In this document: positions 49,236 through 64,000 of the stretch, one piece after another
How the letters are laid out: each line of letters starts with the position of its first letter
Position numbering within the stretch: position 1 is the first letter of the stretch
Assembly: GCA_964016885.1 (NCBI GenBank)
Contig: OZ024752.1
Span: 37,014,001 to 37,078,000 of the forward strand
Source of the DNA: Eledone cirrhosa
Lineage: Eukaryota
Length of the DNA stretch: 64,000 nt
Direction: 5' to 3'
Program-made: the position numbers and the translations under genes
Notes under the pieces: model-generated
Told to the model about the DNA's origin: nothing
What the model saw: only the letters and a program-made list of their open reading frames with translations
Databases searched by the model: none

Positions 49236-52200
49236 CTAGAGTGGCACCCCAATGACTGGCTGTACCAGTGGCACATCTAGAGTGGCACCCCAATGACTAG
49301 CTGTACCAGTGGCACATCTAGAGTGGAACCCCAATGACTAGCTGTACCAGTGGCACATCTAGAGTGGCACCCCAATAACTGGCTTACCAGGGGCACATCT
49401 AGAGTGGCACCCCAATGACTGGCTGTACCAGTGGCACATCTAGAGTGGCACCCCAATGACTAGCTGTACCAGTGGTACATCTAGAGTGGCACCCCAGTGA
49501 CTGGCTGTACCAGTGGCACATCTAGAGTGGCACCCCAATGACTGGCTGTACCAGTGGCACATCTAGAGTGGCACCCCAATGACTAGCTGTACCAGTGGCA
49601 CATCTAGAGTGGCACCCCAATGACTAGCTGTACCAGTGGCACATCTAGAGTGGAACCCCAATGACTAGCTGTACCAGTGGCACATCTAGAGTGGCACCCC
49701 AATGACTAGCTGTACCAGTGGCACATCTAGAGTGGCACCCCAATGACTGGCTGTACCAGTGGCACATCTAGAGTGGCACCCCAATGACTGGCTGTACCAG
49801 TGGCACATCTAGAGTGGAACCCCAATGACTAGCTGTACCAGTGGCACATCTAGAGTGGAACCCCAATGACTGGCTGTACCAGTGGCACATCTAGAGTGGC
49901 ACCCCAATAACTACTGGCTGTACCAGTGGCACATCTAGAGTGGAACCCCAATGACTGGCTGTACCAGTGGCACATCTAGAGTGGCACCCCAATAACTACT
50001 GGCTGTACCAGTGGCACATCTAGAGTGGAACCCCAATGACTGGCTGTACCAATGGCACATCTAGAGTGGCACCCCAATAACTACTGGCTGTACCAGTGGC
50101 ACATCTAGAGTGGCACCCCAATGACTGGCTGTACCAGTGGCACATCTAGAGTGGCACCCCAACAACTGGCTGTACCAGTGGCACATCTAGAGTGGCACCC
50201 CAATAACTACTGGCTGTACCAGTGGCACATCTAGAGTGGAACCCCAATGACTGGCTGTACCAGTGGTACATCTAGAGTGGCACCCCAACAACTGGCTGTA
50301 CCAGTGGCACATCTAGAGTGGTACGCCAACAACTGGCTGTACCAGTGGTACATCTAGAGTGGCACCCCAATAACTACTGGCTGTACCAGTGGTACATCTA
50401 GAGTGGCACCCCAATAACTACTGGCTGTACCAGTGGTACATCTAGAGTGGAACCCCAATAACTGGCTGTATCAGTGGCACCCCAATGACTGGCTGTACCA
50501 GTGGCACATCTAGAGTGGAACCCCAATGACTAGCTGTACCAGTGGCACATCTAGAGTGGCACCCCAATGACTAGCTGTACCAGTGGCACATCTAGAGTGG
50601 CACCCCAATGACTGGCTGTACCAGTGGCACATCTAGAGTGGCACCCCAATAACTGACTGTACCAGTGGCACATCTAGAGTGGAACCCCAATGACTGGCTG
50701 TACCAGTGGTACATCTAGAGTGGCACCCCAATGACTGGCTGTACCAGTGGCACATCTAGAGTGGCACCCCAATGACTAGCTGTACCAGTGGCACATCTAG
50801 AGTGGCACCCCAATGACTGGCTGTACCAGTGGCACATCTAGAGTGGCACCCCAATGACTGGCTGTACCAGTGGCACATCTAGAGTGGCACCCCAATAACT
50901 GACTGTACCAGTGGCACATCTAGAGTGGAACCCCAATGACTGGCTGTACCAGTGGTACATCTAGAGTGGCACCCCAATGACTGGCTGTACCAGTGGCACA
51001 TCTAGAGTGGCACCCCAATGACTGGCTGTACCAGTGGCACCCCAATGACTGGCTGTACCAGTGGCACATCTAGAGTGGAACCCCAATGACTAGCTGTACC
51101 AGTGGCACATCTAGAGTGGCACCCCAATGACTGGCTGTACCAGTGGCACATCTAGAGTGGCACCCCAATGACTAGCTGTACCAGTGGCACATCTAGAGTG
51201 GCACCCCAATGACTGGCTGTACCAGTGGCACATCTAGAGTGGCACCCCAATGACTAGCTGTACCAGTGGCACATCTAGAGTGGCACCCCAATGACTGGCT
51301 GTACCAGTGGCACATCTAGAGTGGCACCCCAATGACTGGCTGTACCAGTGGCACATCTAGAGTGGCACCCCAATGACTAGCTGTACCAGTGGCACATCTA
51401 GAGTGGCACCCCAATGACTGGCTGTACCAGTGGCACATCTAGAGTGGCACCCCAATGACTAGCTGTACCAGTGGCACATCTAGAGTGGCACCCCAATGAC
51501 TGGCTGTACCAGTGGCACATCTAGAGTGGCACCCCAATGACTGGCTGTACCAGTGGCACATCTAGAGTGGCACCCCAACGACTAGCTGTACCAGTGGCAC
51601 ATCTAGAGTGGAACCCCAATGACTAGCTGTACCAGTGGCACATCTAGAGTGGCACCCCAATGACTAGCTGTACCAGTGGCACATCTAGAGTGGCACCCCA
51701 ACGACTAGCTGTACCAGTGGTACATCTAGAGTGGCACCCCAATAACTACTAGCTGTGCCAGTGGCACATCTAGAGTGGCACCCCAATAACTACTGGCTGT
51801 ACCAGTGGCACATCTAGAGTGGAACCCCAATGACTGGCTGTACCAGTGGCACATCTAGAGTGGCACCCCAATAACTACTAGCTGTGCCAGTGGCACATCT
51901 AGAGTGGAACCCCAATGACTGGCTGTACCAGTGGCACATCTAGAGTGGCACCCCAATAACTACTAGCTGTGCCAGTGGCACATCTAGAGTGGAACCCCAA
52001 TGACTGGCTGTACCAGTGGCACATCTAGAGTGGCACCCCAATAACTACTAGCTGTGCCAGTGGCATATCTAGAGTGGAACCCCAATGACTGGCTGTACTA
52101 GTGGCACATCTAGAGTGGCACCCCTATGACTGGCTGTACCAGTGGGACCCCAATGACTGGCTGCACGAGTGACACCCCAATGATTGGCTGTACCAGTGGC

Positions 52201-52250
52201 ACCCCAATAACTACTGGCTGCACGAGTGACACCCCAATGATTGGCTGCAC
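49236..52250. repeat. 41-bp minisatellite, ~3 kb, about 70 copies
   Basis: Unit ctagagtggcaccccaatgactggctgtaccagtggcacat. Confidence 0.96.
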
Positions 52251-52293
52251 CGGTTGTGGAACTTGTGTAGTGTCATCATATTAGAAATCACTA

Positions 52294-53027
52294 TTAACTC
52301 TTAACATCCTGTAATAATCATCATCATCATCATCATCACCGTTTAGCATCCATTTTCCCCATTTTCGCATGGGTTAGACGGGTCATCCACACCAGGAGGC
52401 AAGTCTAGCTGGAGTTGGCGATGCTGTATCTTGCTCCGACTAGGACTAAATTTGGCTGCGTATTTTACAGCTGGATGCCCTTCCTAACACCAACCACATT
52501 TATAGCAGAAAATTACAAAAAATTGTTTGTTAATTCAAATGTTTATAGTATCATCATCATTTCATTTTTACGTCCGCTTTTTCCCTGCTTGCAAGGGTGA
52601 GACGGGAACTGATTCTGGCTTGATTTCTACAGCTGGATGCCCTTCCTAACACCAACCTCATTTACAGTGAGTGCTGGGTGCTTTTTTGCCGTGGCACTTC
52701 CACGACCACTTTGCAGTGGAATGATATGGACTCCAGTCCCTATCATCTCATTTCTACAGCTGAGTAAACTGTAGAAATGAGATGTGAAATAAAGTGTCTT
52801 GCTCAAGGAAACAACACATCACCCTGTCTGAGAATTGAACTCACAACTTTTCGATTGCAAGGCCAATGCTCTAACCACTAAGCCATGTGCCTCCAGTATA
52901 GTTGTGAAACATTGCAGTATTAGAGTAAATATTTCAATATTTAATGTGATGCAGTCATAAATCTGTTTTGTACTTACCAAGAATGTCTTAATGTAGTTTC
53001 ATGTGGCACCGTATGTTAAGAGTTAAA
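52294..53027. mobile_element. TTAA-flanked MITE interrupted by nested SINE insertions
   Basis: Ends ttaactcttaacat...atgttaagagttaa; related bodies at ~45570-46150 and ~46585-46765. Confidence 0.55.
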
Positions 53028-53094
53028 CTAAGAAATTATATTGTTGGCAGACAAGTGAAGTGATAAATTGTAGAGAGAGAGAGTATATGATAAT

Positions 53095-53897
53095 AATTGT
53101 TTCTACTTTTGGCACAAGGCCGGCAATTACGCCAGTGTATTACTGGTATTTTATTTTATCGACCCCCCCGTAAGGAAAGGCAAAGTTAACCTCGGCAGGA
53201 TTTGAACTCTGAATGTAAAGGACCATAACTTTATGCTGTAAAGCCTCATGTCTGACGCTCTACCGATACTGCCAATCCACCATATAATAGTTGTTTCTAC
53301 TTCTGGCACAAGGCCAGCAATTACCCCATTGCATAACTGGTACTTTATTTTATCGACCCCATAAGGATGAAAGGCAAAGCTAAGTTCGGCGGGATTTGAA
53401 CTCAGAACGCAAAGGGGCATAACTCTATGCTGCAAAACATGGTGTCTGACGTTCTACTGATACTGGCAACCCCCCCCCCCATAATAATTGTTTCTACTTT
53501 TGGCACAAGGCCAGCAATTAACCAGTGTATTACTGGTACTTTATTTTATTGACCCTCGTCAGGATGAAAGGCAAAGTTAACCTTGGTGGGATTTGAACTC
53601 AGATCATAAAGGGAGGTAACTCTATGCTTCAAAGCATGGCGTCCGACCCTCTACCGATACTGCCAATCCACCCGTCCATATAATAATGGCTTCTTATATA
53701 GGCACAAGGCCAGCAATTTTGGGGGAAGGGGGTAAGTTGATGAAATCGCCCCCAGTGCATGACTGGTACTTTATTTTATCAATCCCCGTAAGGATGAAAG
53801 GCAAAAGTAACCTCGGCGGGATTTGAACTCAGAACGTAAAGGGTCATAACTCTGTGCTGCAAAGCATGTTGTCTGACGCTCTACCGATTACTGCCAA
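53095..53897 (-). mobile_element. Four tandem family A SINEs
   Basis: Reverse complement of family A motifs. Confidence 0.85.
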
Positions 53898-54016
53898 TGA
53901 AGCTTAGACTAGACAGCAGCAACAGCAACAACAATCTCTCCACCTGTACCACTGTCAACTGAGAGATAAGCAAAAGAATATTTTCTCTGAGGTCAATTAT
54001 GGCAACCATAAAGTTT

Positions 54017-57000
54017 TGACTGTGTGACTGTATATATATATATGACTGTGTGACTGTGTCTGAGCCTGTATATGTGACTGTATATATATATATATATGTG
54101 ACTGTGACTGAGCCTGTATATGTGACTGTCTGTATATATATATGACTGTGTGACTGTGTCTGAGCCTGTATATGTGACTGTATATATATATATATGACTC
54201 TGTGACTGACCCTGTATATGTGACTGTGTGTATATATATATGACTGTGTGACTGTGACTGTGACTGACCCTGTATATGTGACTGTGTGTATATATATATG
54301 ACTGTGTGACTGTGACTGTGACTGACCCTGTATATGTGACTGTGTGTATATATATATGACTGACTGAGCCTGTATATGTGACTGTGTGTATATATATATG
54401 ACTGTGTGACTGTGACTGTGTCTGAGCTTGTATATGTGACTGTGTATATATATATATGACTGTGTGACTGTGACTGTGACTGAGCCTGTATATGTGACTG
54501 TGTGTATATATATATGACTGTGTGACTGTGTCTGAACCTGTATATATGACTGTATGTATATATATATGACTGTCTGACTGTGTCTGAGCCTGTATATGTG
54601 ACTGTGTGTATATATATATGACTGTGTGACTGTGACTGAGCCTGTACATGTGACTGTGTGTATATATATATGACTGTGTGACTGTGACTGAGCCTGTATA
54701 TGTGACTGTGTATATATATATGACTGTGTGACTGTGACTGAGCCTGTATATGTGTCTGTGTGTATATATATATATGACTGTGACTGTGTCTGAGCCTGTA
54801 TATGTGACTGTATATATGTGTGACTGTATATGTGACTGTATATATATGTGACTGTGCCTGTGTGTATACATATATGACTGTGTGACTGTGCCTGTATATG
54901 TGACTGTGTATATATATATATGTGACTGTGACTGAGCCTGTATATGTGACTGTGTATATATATATGACTGTGTGACTGTGTCTGAGCCTGTATATGTGAC
55001 TGTGTGTATATATATATATGACTGTGTGACTGTGACTGTGTCTGAGCCTGTATATGTGACTGTGTGTATATATATATGACTGTGTGACTGTGACTGTGTC
55101 TGTATATGTGACAGTGTGTATATATATATGACTGTGTGACTGTGACTGTGACCGAGCCTGTATATGTGACTGTGTATATATATATGACTGTGTCTGAGCC
55201 TGTATATGTGACTGTGTGTATATATATATATGACTGTGTGACTGTGACTGTGACTGTGTCTGAGCCTGTATATGTGACTGTGTGTATATATATATGACTG
55301 TGTGACTGTGTCTGAGCCTGTATATGTGACTGTGTGTATATATATATATGACTGTGTGACTGAGCCTGTATATGTGACTGTGTGTATATATATATGACTG
55401 TATGACTGTGACTGACCCTGTATATGTGACTGTGTGTATATATATATATATGACTGTGTGACTGTGACTGTGTCTGAGCCTGTATATGTGACTGTGTGTA
55501 TATATATATGACTGTGTGACTGTGACTGTGACCGAGCCTGTATATGTGACTGTGTATATATATATGACTGTGTCTGAGCCTGCATATGTGACTGTGTGTA
55601 TATATATATATGACTGTGTGACTGTGTCTGAGCCTGTATATGTGACTGTGTGTATATATATATGACTGTGTGACTGTGTCTGTGTCTGAGCCTGTATATG
55701 TGACTGTGTGTATATATATATGACTGTGTGACTATGTGACTGAGCCTGTATATGTGACTGTGTGTATATATATATGACTGTGTGACTGTGACTGTGTCTG
55801 AGCCTGTATATGTGACTGTGTGTATATATATATGACTGTGTGACTGTGACTGTGACTGAGCCTGTATATGTGACTGTGTGTATATATATATGACTGTGTT
55901 ACTGTGACTGTGACTGAGCCTGTATATGTGACTGTGTGTATATATATATGACTGTGTGACTGTGACTGTGTCTGAGCCTGTATATGTGACTGTGTGTATA
56001 TATATATATGACTGTGTGACTGTGACTGAGCCTGTATATGTGACTGTGTGTATATATATATGACTGTGTGACTGTGACTGAGCCTGTATATGTGACTGTG
56101 TGTATATATATATGACTGTGTGACTGTGACTGAGCCTGTATATGTGACTGTGTGTATATATATATGACTGTGTGACTGTGTCTGAGCCTGTATATATGAC
56201 TGTGTGTATATATATATGACTGTGTGACTGTGACTGAGCCTGTATATGTGACTGTCTGTATATATATATGACTGTGTGACTGTGACTGACCCTGTATATG
56301 TGACTGTCTGTATATATATATGACTGTGTGACTGTGACTGTGACTGAGCCTGTATATGTGTCTGTGTGTATATATATATATGACTGTGTGACTGTGACTG
56401 AGCCTGTATATGTGACTGTCTGTATATATATATGACTGTGTGACTGTGACTGAGCCTGTATATGCGACTGTGTATATATATATGACTGTTTCTGAGCCTG
56501 TGTATGTGACTGTCATATATATATACACACAGTCACATATACAGGCTCAGACACAGTCACAGTCACACAGTCATATATATATACACACAGTCACATATAC
56601 AAGCTCAGTCATATATATATATACACACAGTCACATAGTCACATAGTCACACAGTCATATATATATACATATATACACACAGTCACAGTCATATATATAT
56701 ACATACATACACACAGTCACATAGTCATATATATACACACAGTCACACAGTCATATATATATACACACACAGGCACATAGTCACATAGTCACACAGTCAT
56801 ATATATTTACATATATACACACAGTCACAGTAATATATATATACATACATACACACAGTCACATAGTCATATATATACACACAGGCACAAAGTCACATAT
56901 ACAGGCACATAGTCACATATATATGCATACACACAGTCACATATACAGACACAGACACATAGTCACATACATATACACACATACACACATACACACAGTC

Positions 57001-60000
57001 ACATATACAGACACAGACACATAGTCACATACATATATACATATACACACATACACACATACACACAGTCACAGAGACATAGTCACATACATATATACAT
57101 ATACACACATACACACAGTCACAGACACATAGTCACATGCATATATACATATACACACATACACACAGTCACAGACACATAGTCACATACATATATACAT
57201 ATACACACATACACACAGTCACAGACACATAGTCACATGCATATATACACATACACACATACACACATACACACAGTCACAGACACATAGTCACATACAT
57301 ATATACATATACACACATACACACAGTCACAGACACATAGTCACATGCATATATACATATACACACATACACACAGTCACAGACACATAGTCACATACAT
57401 ATATACATATACACACATACACACAGTCACATATATATACATACAGACACAGAGTCACACAGACATACATATATACACATACACACAGACATACATACAC
57501 ACAGTCACAGACACATAGTCACATGCATATATACACATACACACATACACACATACACACAGTCACAGACACATAGTCACATGCATATATACATATACAC
57601 ACATACACACAGTCAGAGACACATAGTCACAACCATATATACATATACACACATACACACAGTCACATATATATACATACAGACACAGAGTCACACAGAC
57701 ATACATATATACACATACACACAGACATACATATACACACAGTCATATATACATGTACAGATACACAGTCACATATATATATATATACACACACACACAC
57801 AAACACATATATATACAGACACACAGACATATATATATACAGACACATATACATGCACACACACAGACATATATATATACAGACACATATACATGCACAG
57901 ACACAGTCACATATATATATATATACACACACAGACAGACATATATATATACATACATACAGACACTTATGCATATATACACATACACACAGACATATAC
58001 ATACAGACACATATACATATATACACACACACATATATACATACAGACACATATATATACATACATACATACACATATACATATACACATACACACAGAC
58101 ACATATACATATCTACACAGACATATATACATATAGGCACATATACACAGACACACACACATATATACACACACACAGACACATATACATACATACACAT
58201 ACATATATACAGACACATATACATATATACACACAGACATATATACATATACACAGACACACACATATACACACACACAGACACATATACATATATACAC
58301 ACAGTCACATATACACACATACATACAGATACACATACACAGTCACATACACACACACAGACATATGCACTCACACATACACACAGTCACATATTCACAC
58401 ACACACACAGGCACATATACACAGACACACACACATACATACATGACAAATACAGAAACTCGTAGAAGTAGCAGCACACAGATACACACACACGCATATA
58501 TGCAGCCCCCCCTCACATACACATACACACACGTATATACAGACCAGTAACACACACACACACACACGTATGTACAGATCAGAAACACACACACACACAC
58601 CACACGTACACATACACACACGTATACACAGACTAGAAACACACACACATACACCATACCACACGTACACATACACACACGTATATACAGACCAGAAACA
58701 CACACATATACACCACACGTACACATACACACACGTATATACAGACCAGAAACACACACACACACACCACACGTACACATACACACACGTATACACAGAC
58801 TAGAAACACACACACATACACCATACCACACGTACACATACACACACGTATACACAGACCTGAAACACACACACACACACCACACGTACAGCTATACACA
58901 CACATACACCACACGTACACATACACACACGTATGCACAGACCAGAAACACACACACACACACCACACGTACACATATACACACGTATACACAGACTAGA
59001 AACACACACACATACACCACACGTACACATACACACACGTATATACAGACCAGAAACACACACACAAACACACACCACACGTACAGATACACACACACCA
59101 CACGTACAGATACACACACACCACACGTACACATACACACACACCACACGTACACATACATACACGTATACACAGACCAGAAACACACACACATACACCA
59201 CACGTACACATACACACACGTATACACAGACCAGAAACACACACACATACACCACACGTACAGCTATACACACACATACACCACACGTACACATACACAC
59301 ACACACCACACGTACAGATACACACACACCACACGTACACATACACACACACCACACGTACACATACACACACGTATACACGGACTAGAAACACACACAC
59401 ACCATACCACACGTACACATACACACACGTATATACAGACCAGAAACACACACACACCACACGTACACATACACACACGTATATACAGACCAGAAACACA
59501 CACACACACACACCACACGTACACATACGTATATACAGACCAGAAACACACACACACACACACACCACACGTACACATACACACACGTATACACGGACTA
59601 GAAACACACACACATACACCATACCACACGTACACATACACACACACCACACGTACACATACACACACGTATACACGGACTAGAAACACACACACATACA
59701 CCATACCACACGTACACATACACACACGTATATACAGACCAGAAACACACACATACCACACGTACACATACACACACGTATATACAGACCAGAAACACAC
59801 ACACACACACACCACACGTACACATACGTATATACAGACCAGAAACACACACACACACCACACGTACACATACACACACGTATACACAGACCAGAAACAC
59901 ACACACATACACCATACCACACGTACATACAGACGTATATACACACACACATACACCACACGTACAGCTATACACACACACACACACACACACATACACA

Positions 60001-60247
60001 CACGTATACACAGACCAGAAACACACACACATACACCATACCACACGTACATACAGACGTATATATACACACACACATACACCACACGTACAGCTATACA
60101 CACATACATACAGACCAGAAACACACACACATACACCATACCACACGTACACATACACACACGTATATACAGACCAGAAACACACACCACACGTACAGCT
60201 ATACACACACCACACGTACAGCTATATACACACACACACACACACAT
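54017..60247. repeat. ~6.2-kb compound microsatellite field (TGACTG/TA/TG, switching to CAGTCA/CA at ~56513)
   Basis: Direct inspection. Confidence 0.93.
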
Positions 60248-60524
60248 GTTCGACCATGTTTATTTGGTGTCTCTGTTGGTGACTACGACAACCAACCAGC
60301 AGCAATGAGATATATGTAAGTTCAGCAGTTCAGCGACACAAGTTATACAGTTCTATATAGCATCATCTGCAACATCTACGTCAGCCTTTCCTTTCCGCGG
60401 TTTGATGGAGGAAGTGTGTGTAGGGGGGTCTTTTTTCTATATACAGCATCTCGCCAACTGTTGCGTTTCACAACATCTCGCTCGCCAATTGTTGCATCTC
60501 ACCAATTGCTGCTCATTTTTTTTT

Positions 60525-63500
60525 TTATTTGACATCAGCCTCTGTTGTATAGTGTCTTACCAATTGCTGTGATGCTAGTGTCTTACCAATTGTTGTGGTG
60601 CTTTGTTATGTTCTTAGTGGCACCACCAATTATTGAGGTCCTATATCATTTATATTTATTGACATCAGCCTCTGTTGTCCAGTGTCTTACCAATTGTTGT
60701 GCTGCTTTGTTATGTTCTTAGTGGCACCACCAATTATTGAGGTCCTATATCATTTATTTTATTGACATCAGCCTCTGCTGTACAGTGTCTTACCAATTGT
60801 TGTGGTACTTTGTTATGTTCTTAGTGGCACCACCAATTATTGAGGTCCTATATCATTTATTTTTATTGACATCAGCCTCTGCTGTACAGTGTCTTACCAA
60901 TTGTTGTGGTGCTTTGTTATGTTCTTAGTGGCACCACCAATTATTGAGGTCCTATATCATTTATTTTTATTGACATCAGCCTCTGTTGTACAGTGTCTGA
61001 CCAATTGTTGTGGTGCTTTGTTATGGTCTTAGTGGCACCACCAATTATTGAGGTCCTATATCATTTATTTTTATTGACATCAGCCTCTGTTGTACAGTGT
61101 CTTACCAATTGTTGTGGTACTTTGTTATGTTCTTAGTGGCACCACCAATTATTGAGGTCCTATATCATTTATTTTTATTGACATCAGCCTCTGTTGTACA
61201 GTGTCTGACCAATTGTTGTGGTGCTTTGTTATGGTCTTAGTGGCACCACCAATTATTGAGGTCCTATATCATTTATTTTTATTGACATCAGCCTCTGTTG
61301 TACAGTGTCTTACCAATTGTTGTGGTGCTTTGTTATGTTCTTAGTGGCACCACCAATTATTGAGGTCCTATATCATTTATTTTTATTGACATCAGCATCT
61401 GTTGTACAGTGTCTTACCAATTGTTGTGGTGCTTTATGTTCTTAGCGGCACCACCAATTATTGAGGTCCTATATCATTTATTTTTATTGACATCAGCATC
61501 TGTTGTACAGTGTCTTACCAATTGTTGTGGTACTTTGTTATGTTCTTAGTGGCACCACCAATTATTGAGGTCCTATATCATTTATTTTTATTGACATCAG
61601 GATCTGTTGTACAGTGTCTTACCAATTGTTGTGGTGCTTTATGTTCTTAGCGGCACCACCAATTATTGAGGTCCTATATCATTTATTTTTATTGACATCA
61701 GCATCTGTTGTACAGTGTCTTACCAATTGTTGTGGTACTTTGTTATGTTCTTAGTGGCACCACCAATTATTGAGGTCCTATATCATTTATTTCTATTGAC
61801 ATCAGCATCTGCTGTACAGTGTCTTACCAATTGTTGTGGTGCTTTGTTATGTTCTTAGTGGCACCACCAATTATTGAGGTCCTATATCATTTATTTTTAT
61901 TGACATCAGCCTCTGTTGTACAGTGTCTTACCAATTGTTGTGGTGCTTTGTTATGTTCTTAGTGGCACCACCAATTATTGAGGTCCTATATCATTTATTT
62001 TTATTGACATCAGCCTCTGTTGTACAGTGTCTTACCAATTGTTGTGGTGCTTTGTTATGTTCTTAGTGGCACCACCAATTATTGAGGTCCTATATCATTT
62101 ATTTTTATTGACATCAGCCTCTGTTGTACAGTGTCTTACCAATTGTTGTGGTGCTTTGTTATTTTCTTAGTGGTACCACCAATTATTGAGGTCCTATATC
62201 ATTTATTTTTATTGACATCAGCAGCTTCTGTACAGTGTCTTACCAATTGTTGTGGTGCTTTGTTATGTTCTTAGTGGCACCACCAATTATTGAAGTCCTA
62301 TATCATTTATTTTTATTGACATCAGCCTCTGTTGTACAGTGTCTTACCAATTCTTGGGGTACTTTGTTATGTTCTTAGTGGCACCACCAATTATTGAGGT
62401 CCTATATCATTTATTTTATTGACATCAGCATCTGTTGTACAGTGTCTTACCAATTGTTGTGGTGCTTTGTTATGTTCTTAGTGGTACCAACAATTATTGA
62501 GGTCCTATATCATTTATTTTTATTGACATCAGCCTCTGTTGTACAGTGTTTTACCAATTGTTGTGGTGCTTTATGTTCTTAGTGGCACCACCAATTATTG
62601 AGGTCCTATATCATTTATTTTTATTGACATCAGCCTCTGTTGTACAGTGTTTTACCAATTGTTGTGGTGCTTTATGTTCTTAGTGGCACCACCAATTATT
62701 GAGGTCCTATATCATTTATTTTTATTGACATCAGCATCTGCTGTACAGTGTCTTACCAATTGTTGTGGTGCTTTGTTATTTTCTTAGTGGCACCACCAAT
62801 TATTGAGGTCCTATATCATTTATTTTTATTGACATCAGCCTCTGTTGTACAGTGTCTTACCAATTGTTGTGGTGCTTTGTTATGTTCTTAGTGGCACCAC
62901 CAATTATTGAGGTCCTACATCATTTATTTTTATTGACATCAGCCTCTGTTGTACAGTGTCTTACCAATTGTTGTGGTGCTTTATGTTCTTAGTGGTACCA
63001 CCCATTATTGAGGTCCTATATCATTTATTTTTATTGACATCAGCATCTACTGTACAGTGTCTTACCAATTGTTGTGGTGCTTTATGTTCTTAGTGGCACC
63101 ACCAATTATTGAGGTCCTATATCATTTATTTTTATTGACATCAGCATCTGCTGTACAGTGTCTTACCAATTGTTGTGGTGCTTTGTTATTTTCTTAGTGG
63201 CACCACCAATTATTGAGGTCCTATATCATTTATTTTTATTGACATCAGCCTCTGTTGTACAGTGTCTTACCAATTGTTGTGGTGCTTTGTTATGTTCTTA
63301 GTGGCACCACCAATTATTGAGGTCCTATATCATTTATTTTTATTGACATCAGCATCTGCTGTACAGTGTCTTACCAATTGTTGTGGTGCTTTGTTATGTT
63401 CTTAGTGGTACCACCAATTATTGAGGTCCTATATCATTTATTTTTATTGACATCAGCATCTGCTGTACAGTGTCTTACCAATTGTTGTGGTGCTTTGTTA

Positions 63501-63990
63501 TGTTCTTAGTGGCACCACCAATTATTGAGGTCCTATATCATTTATTTTTATTGACATCAGCATCTACTGTACAGTGTCTTACCAATTGTTGTGGTGCTTT
63601 ATGTTCTTAGTGGTACCACCAATTATTGAGGTCCTATATCATTTATTTTTATTGACATCAGCCTCTGTTGTACAGTGTCTTACCAATTGTTGTGGTGCTT
63701 TGTTATGTTCTTAGTGGCACCACCAATTATTGAGGTCCTATATCATTTATTTTTATTGACATCAGCATCTGCTGTACAGTGTCTTACCAATTGTTGTGGT
63801 GCTTTATGTTCTTAGTGGTACCACCAATTAGTGCGGTCCTATATCATTTATTTCTATTGACACCAGCCTCTGCTGTACAGTGTCTTACCAATTGTTGTGG
63901 TACTTTGTCATATTCTTCTTGACCCCGCCAAATGTTGCGGTACTATATCATTTATTTTTATTTATTTCAGCCACTTCAGCACAGCGTCTC
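60525..63990. repeat. ~104-bp tandem repeat, about 33 copies, degenerating at the window end
   Basis: gacatcagc recurs at 60661, 60764, 60868 and onward. Confidence 0.96.
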
Positions 63991-64000
63991 ATCAATAGTT

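Noticed and set aside
53993-60247. Long ORFs up to 530 aa rich in H, T, Y, I, V, C
   Set aside because: Dinucleotide-based repeats lack stop codons by composition.

Overview
AT-rich, repeat-dense eukaryotic genomic DNA. An invertebrate origin, probably octopus or another coleoid cephalopod, is inferred from the SINE/RTE repertoire and microsatellite load. The window holds the middle and 3' part of one + strand gene, TUBGCP2 (gamma-tubulin complex component 2, GCP2/Spc97 family). I could assemble 22 phase-consistent coding exons between 1101 and 46929; the 5' exons lie upstream of the window. Two introns are minor-spliceosome (U12) type: one is GT-AG and the other appears to have rare AT-AT ends. 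Two splice junctions have been amplified into tandem arrays (six acceptors before exon o, about 16 extra donor-like copies after exon j). One intron contains a ~17 kb 42-bp satellite with higher-order structure. Other elements are a minimal type I hammerhead ribozyme-like motif on the minus strand, several long inverted-repeat pairs, tRNA-derived SINEs, RTE and CR1/L2 LINE fragments, MITEs and many mini/microsatellites. Almost all long ORFs in the supplied track are repeat artefacts. No prokaryotic system or CRISPR array is present. Homology calls rest on my recall of the human GCP2 sequence; no search was run.
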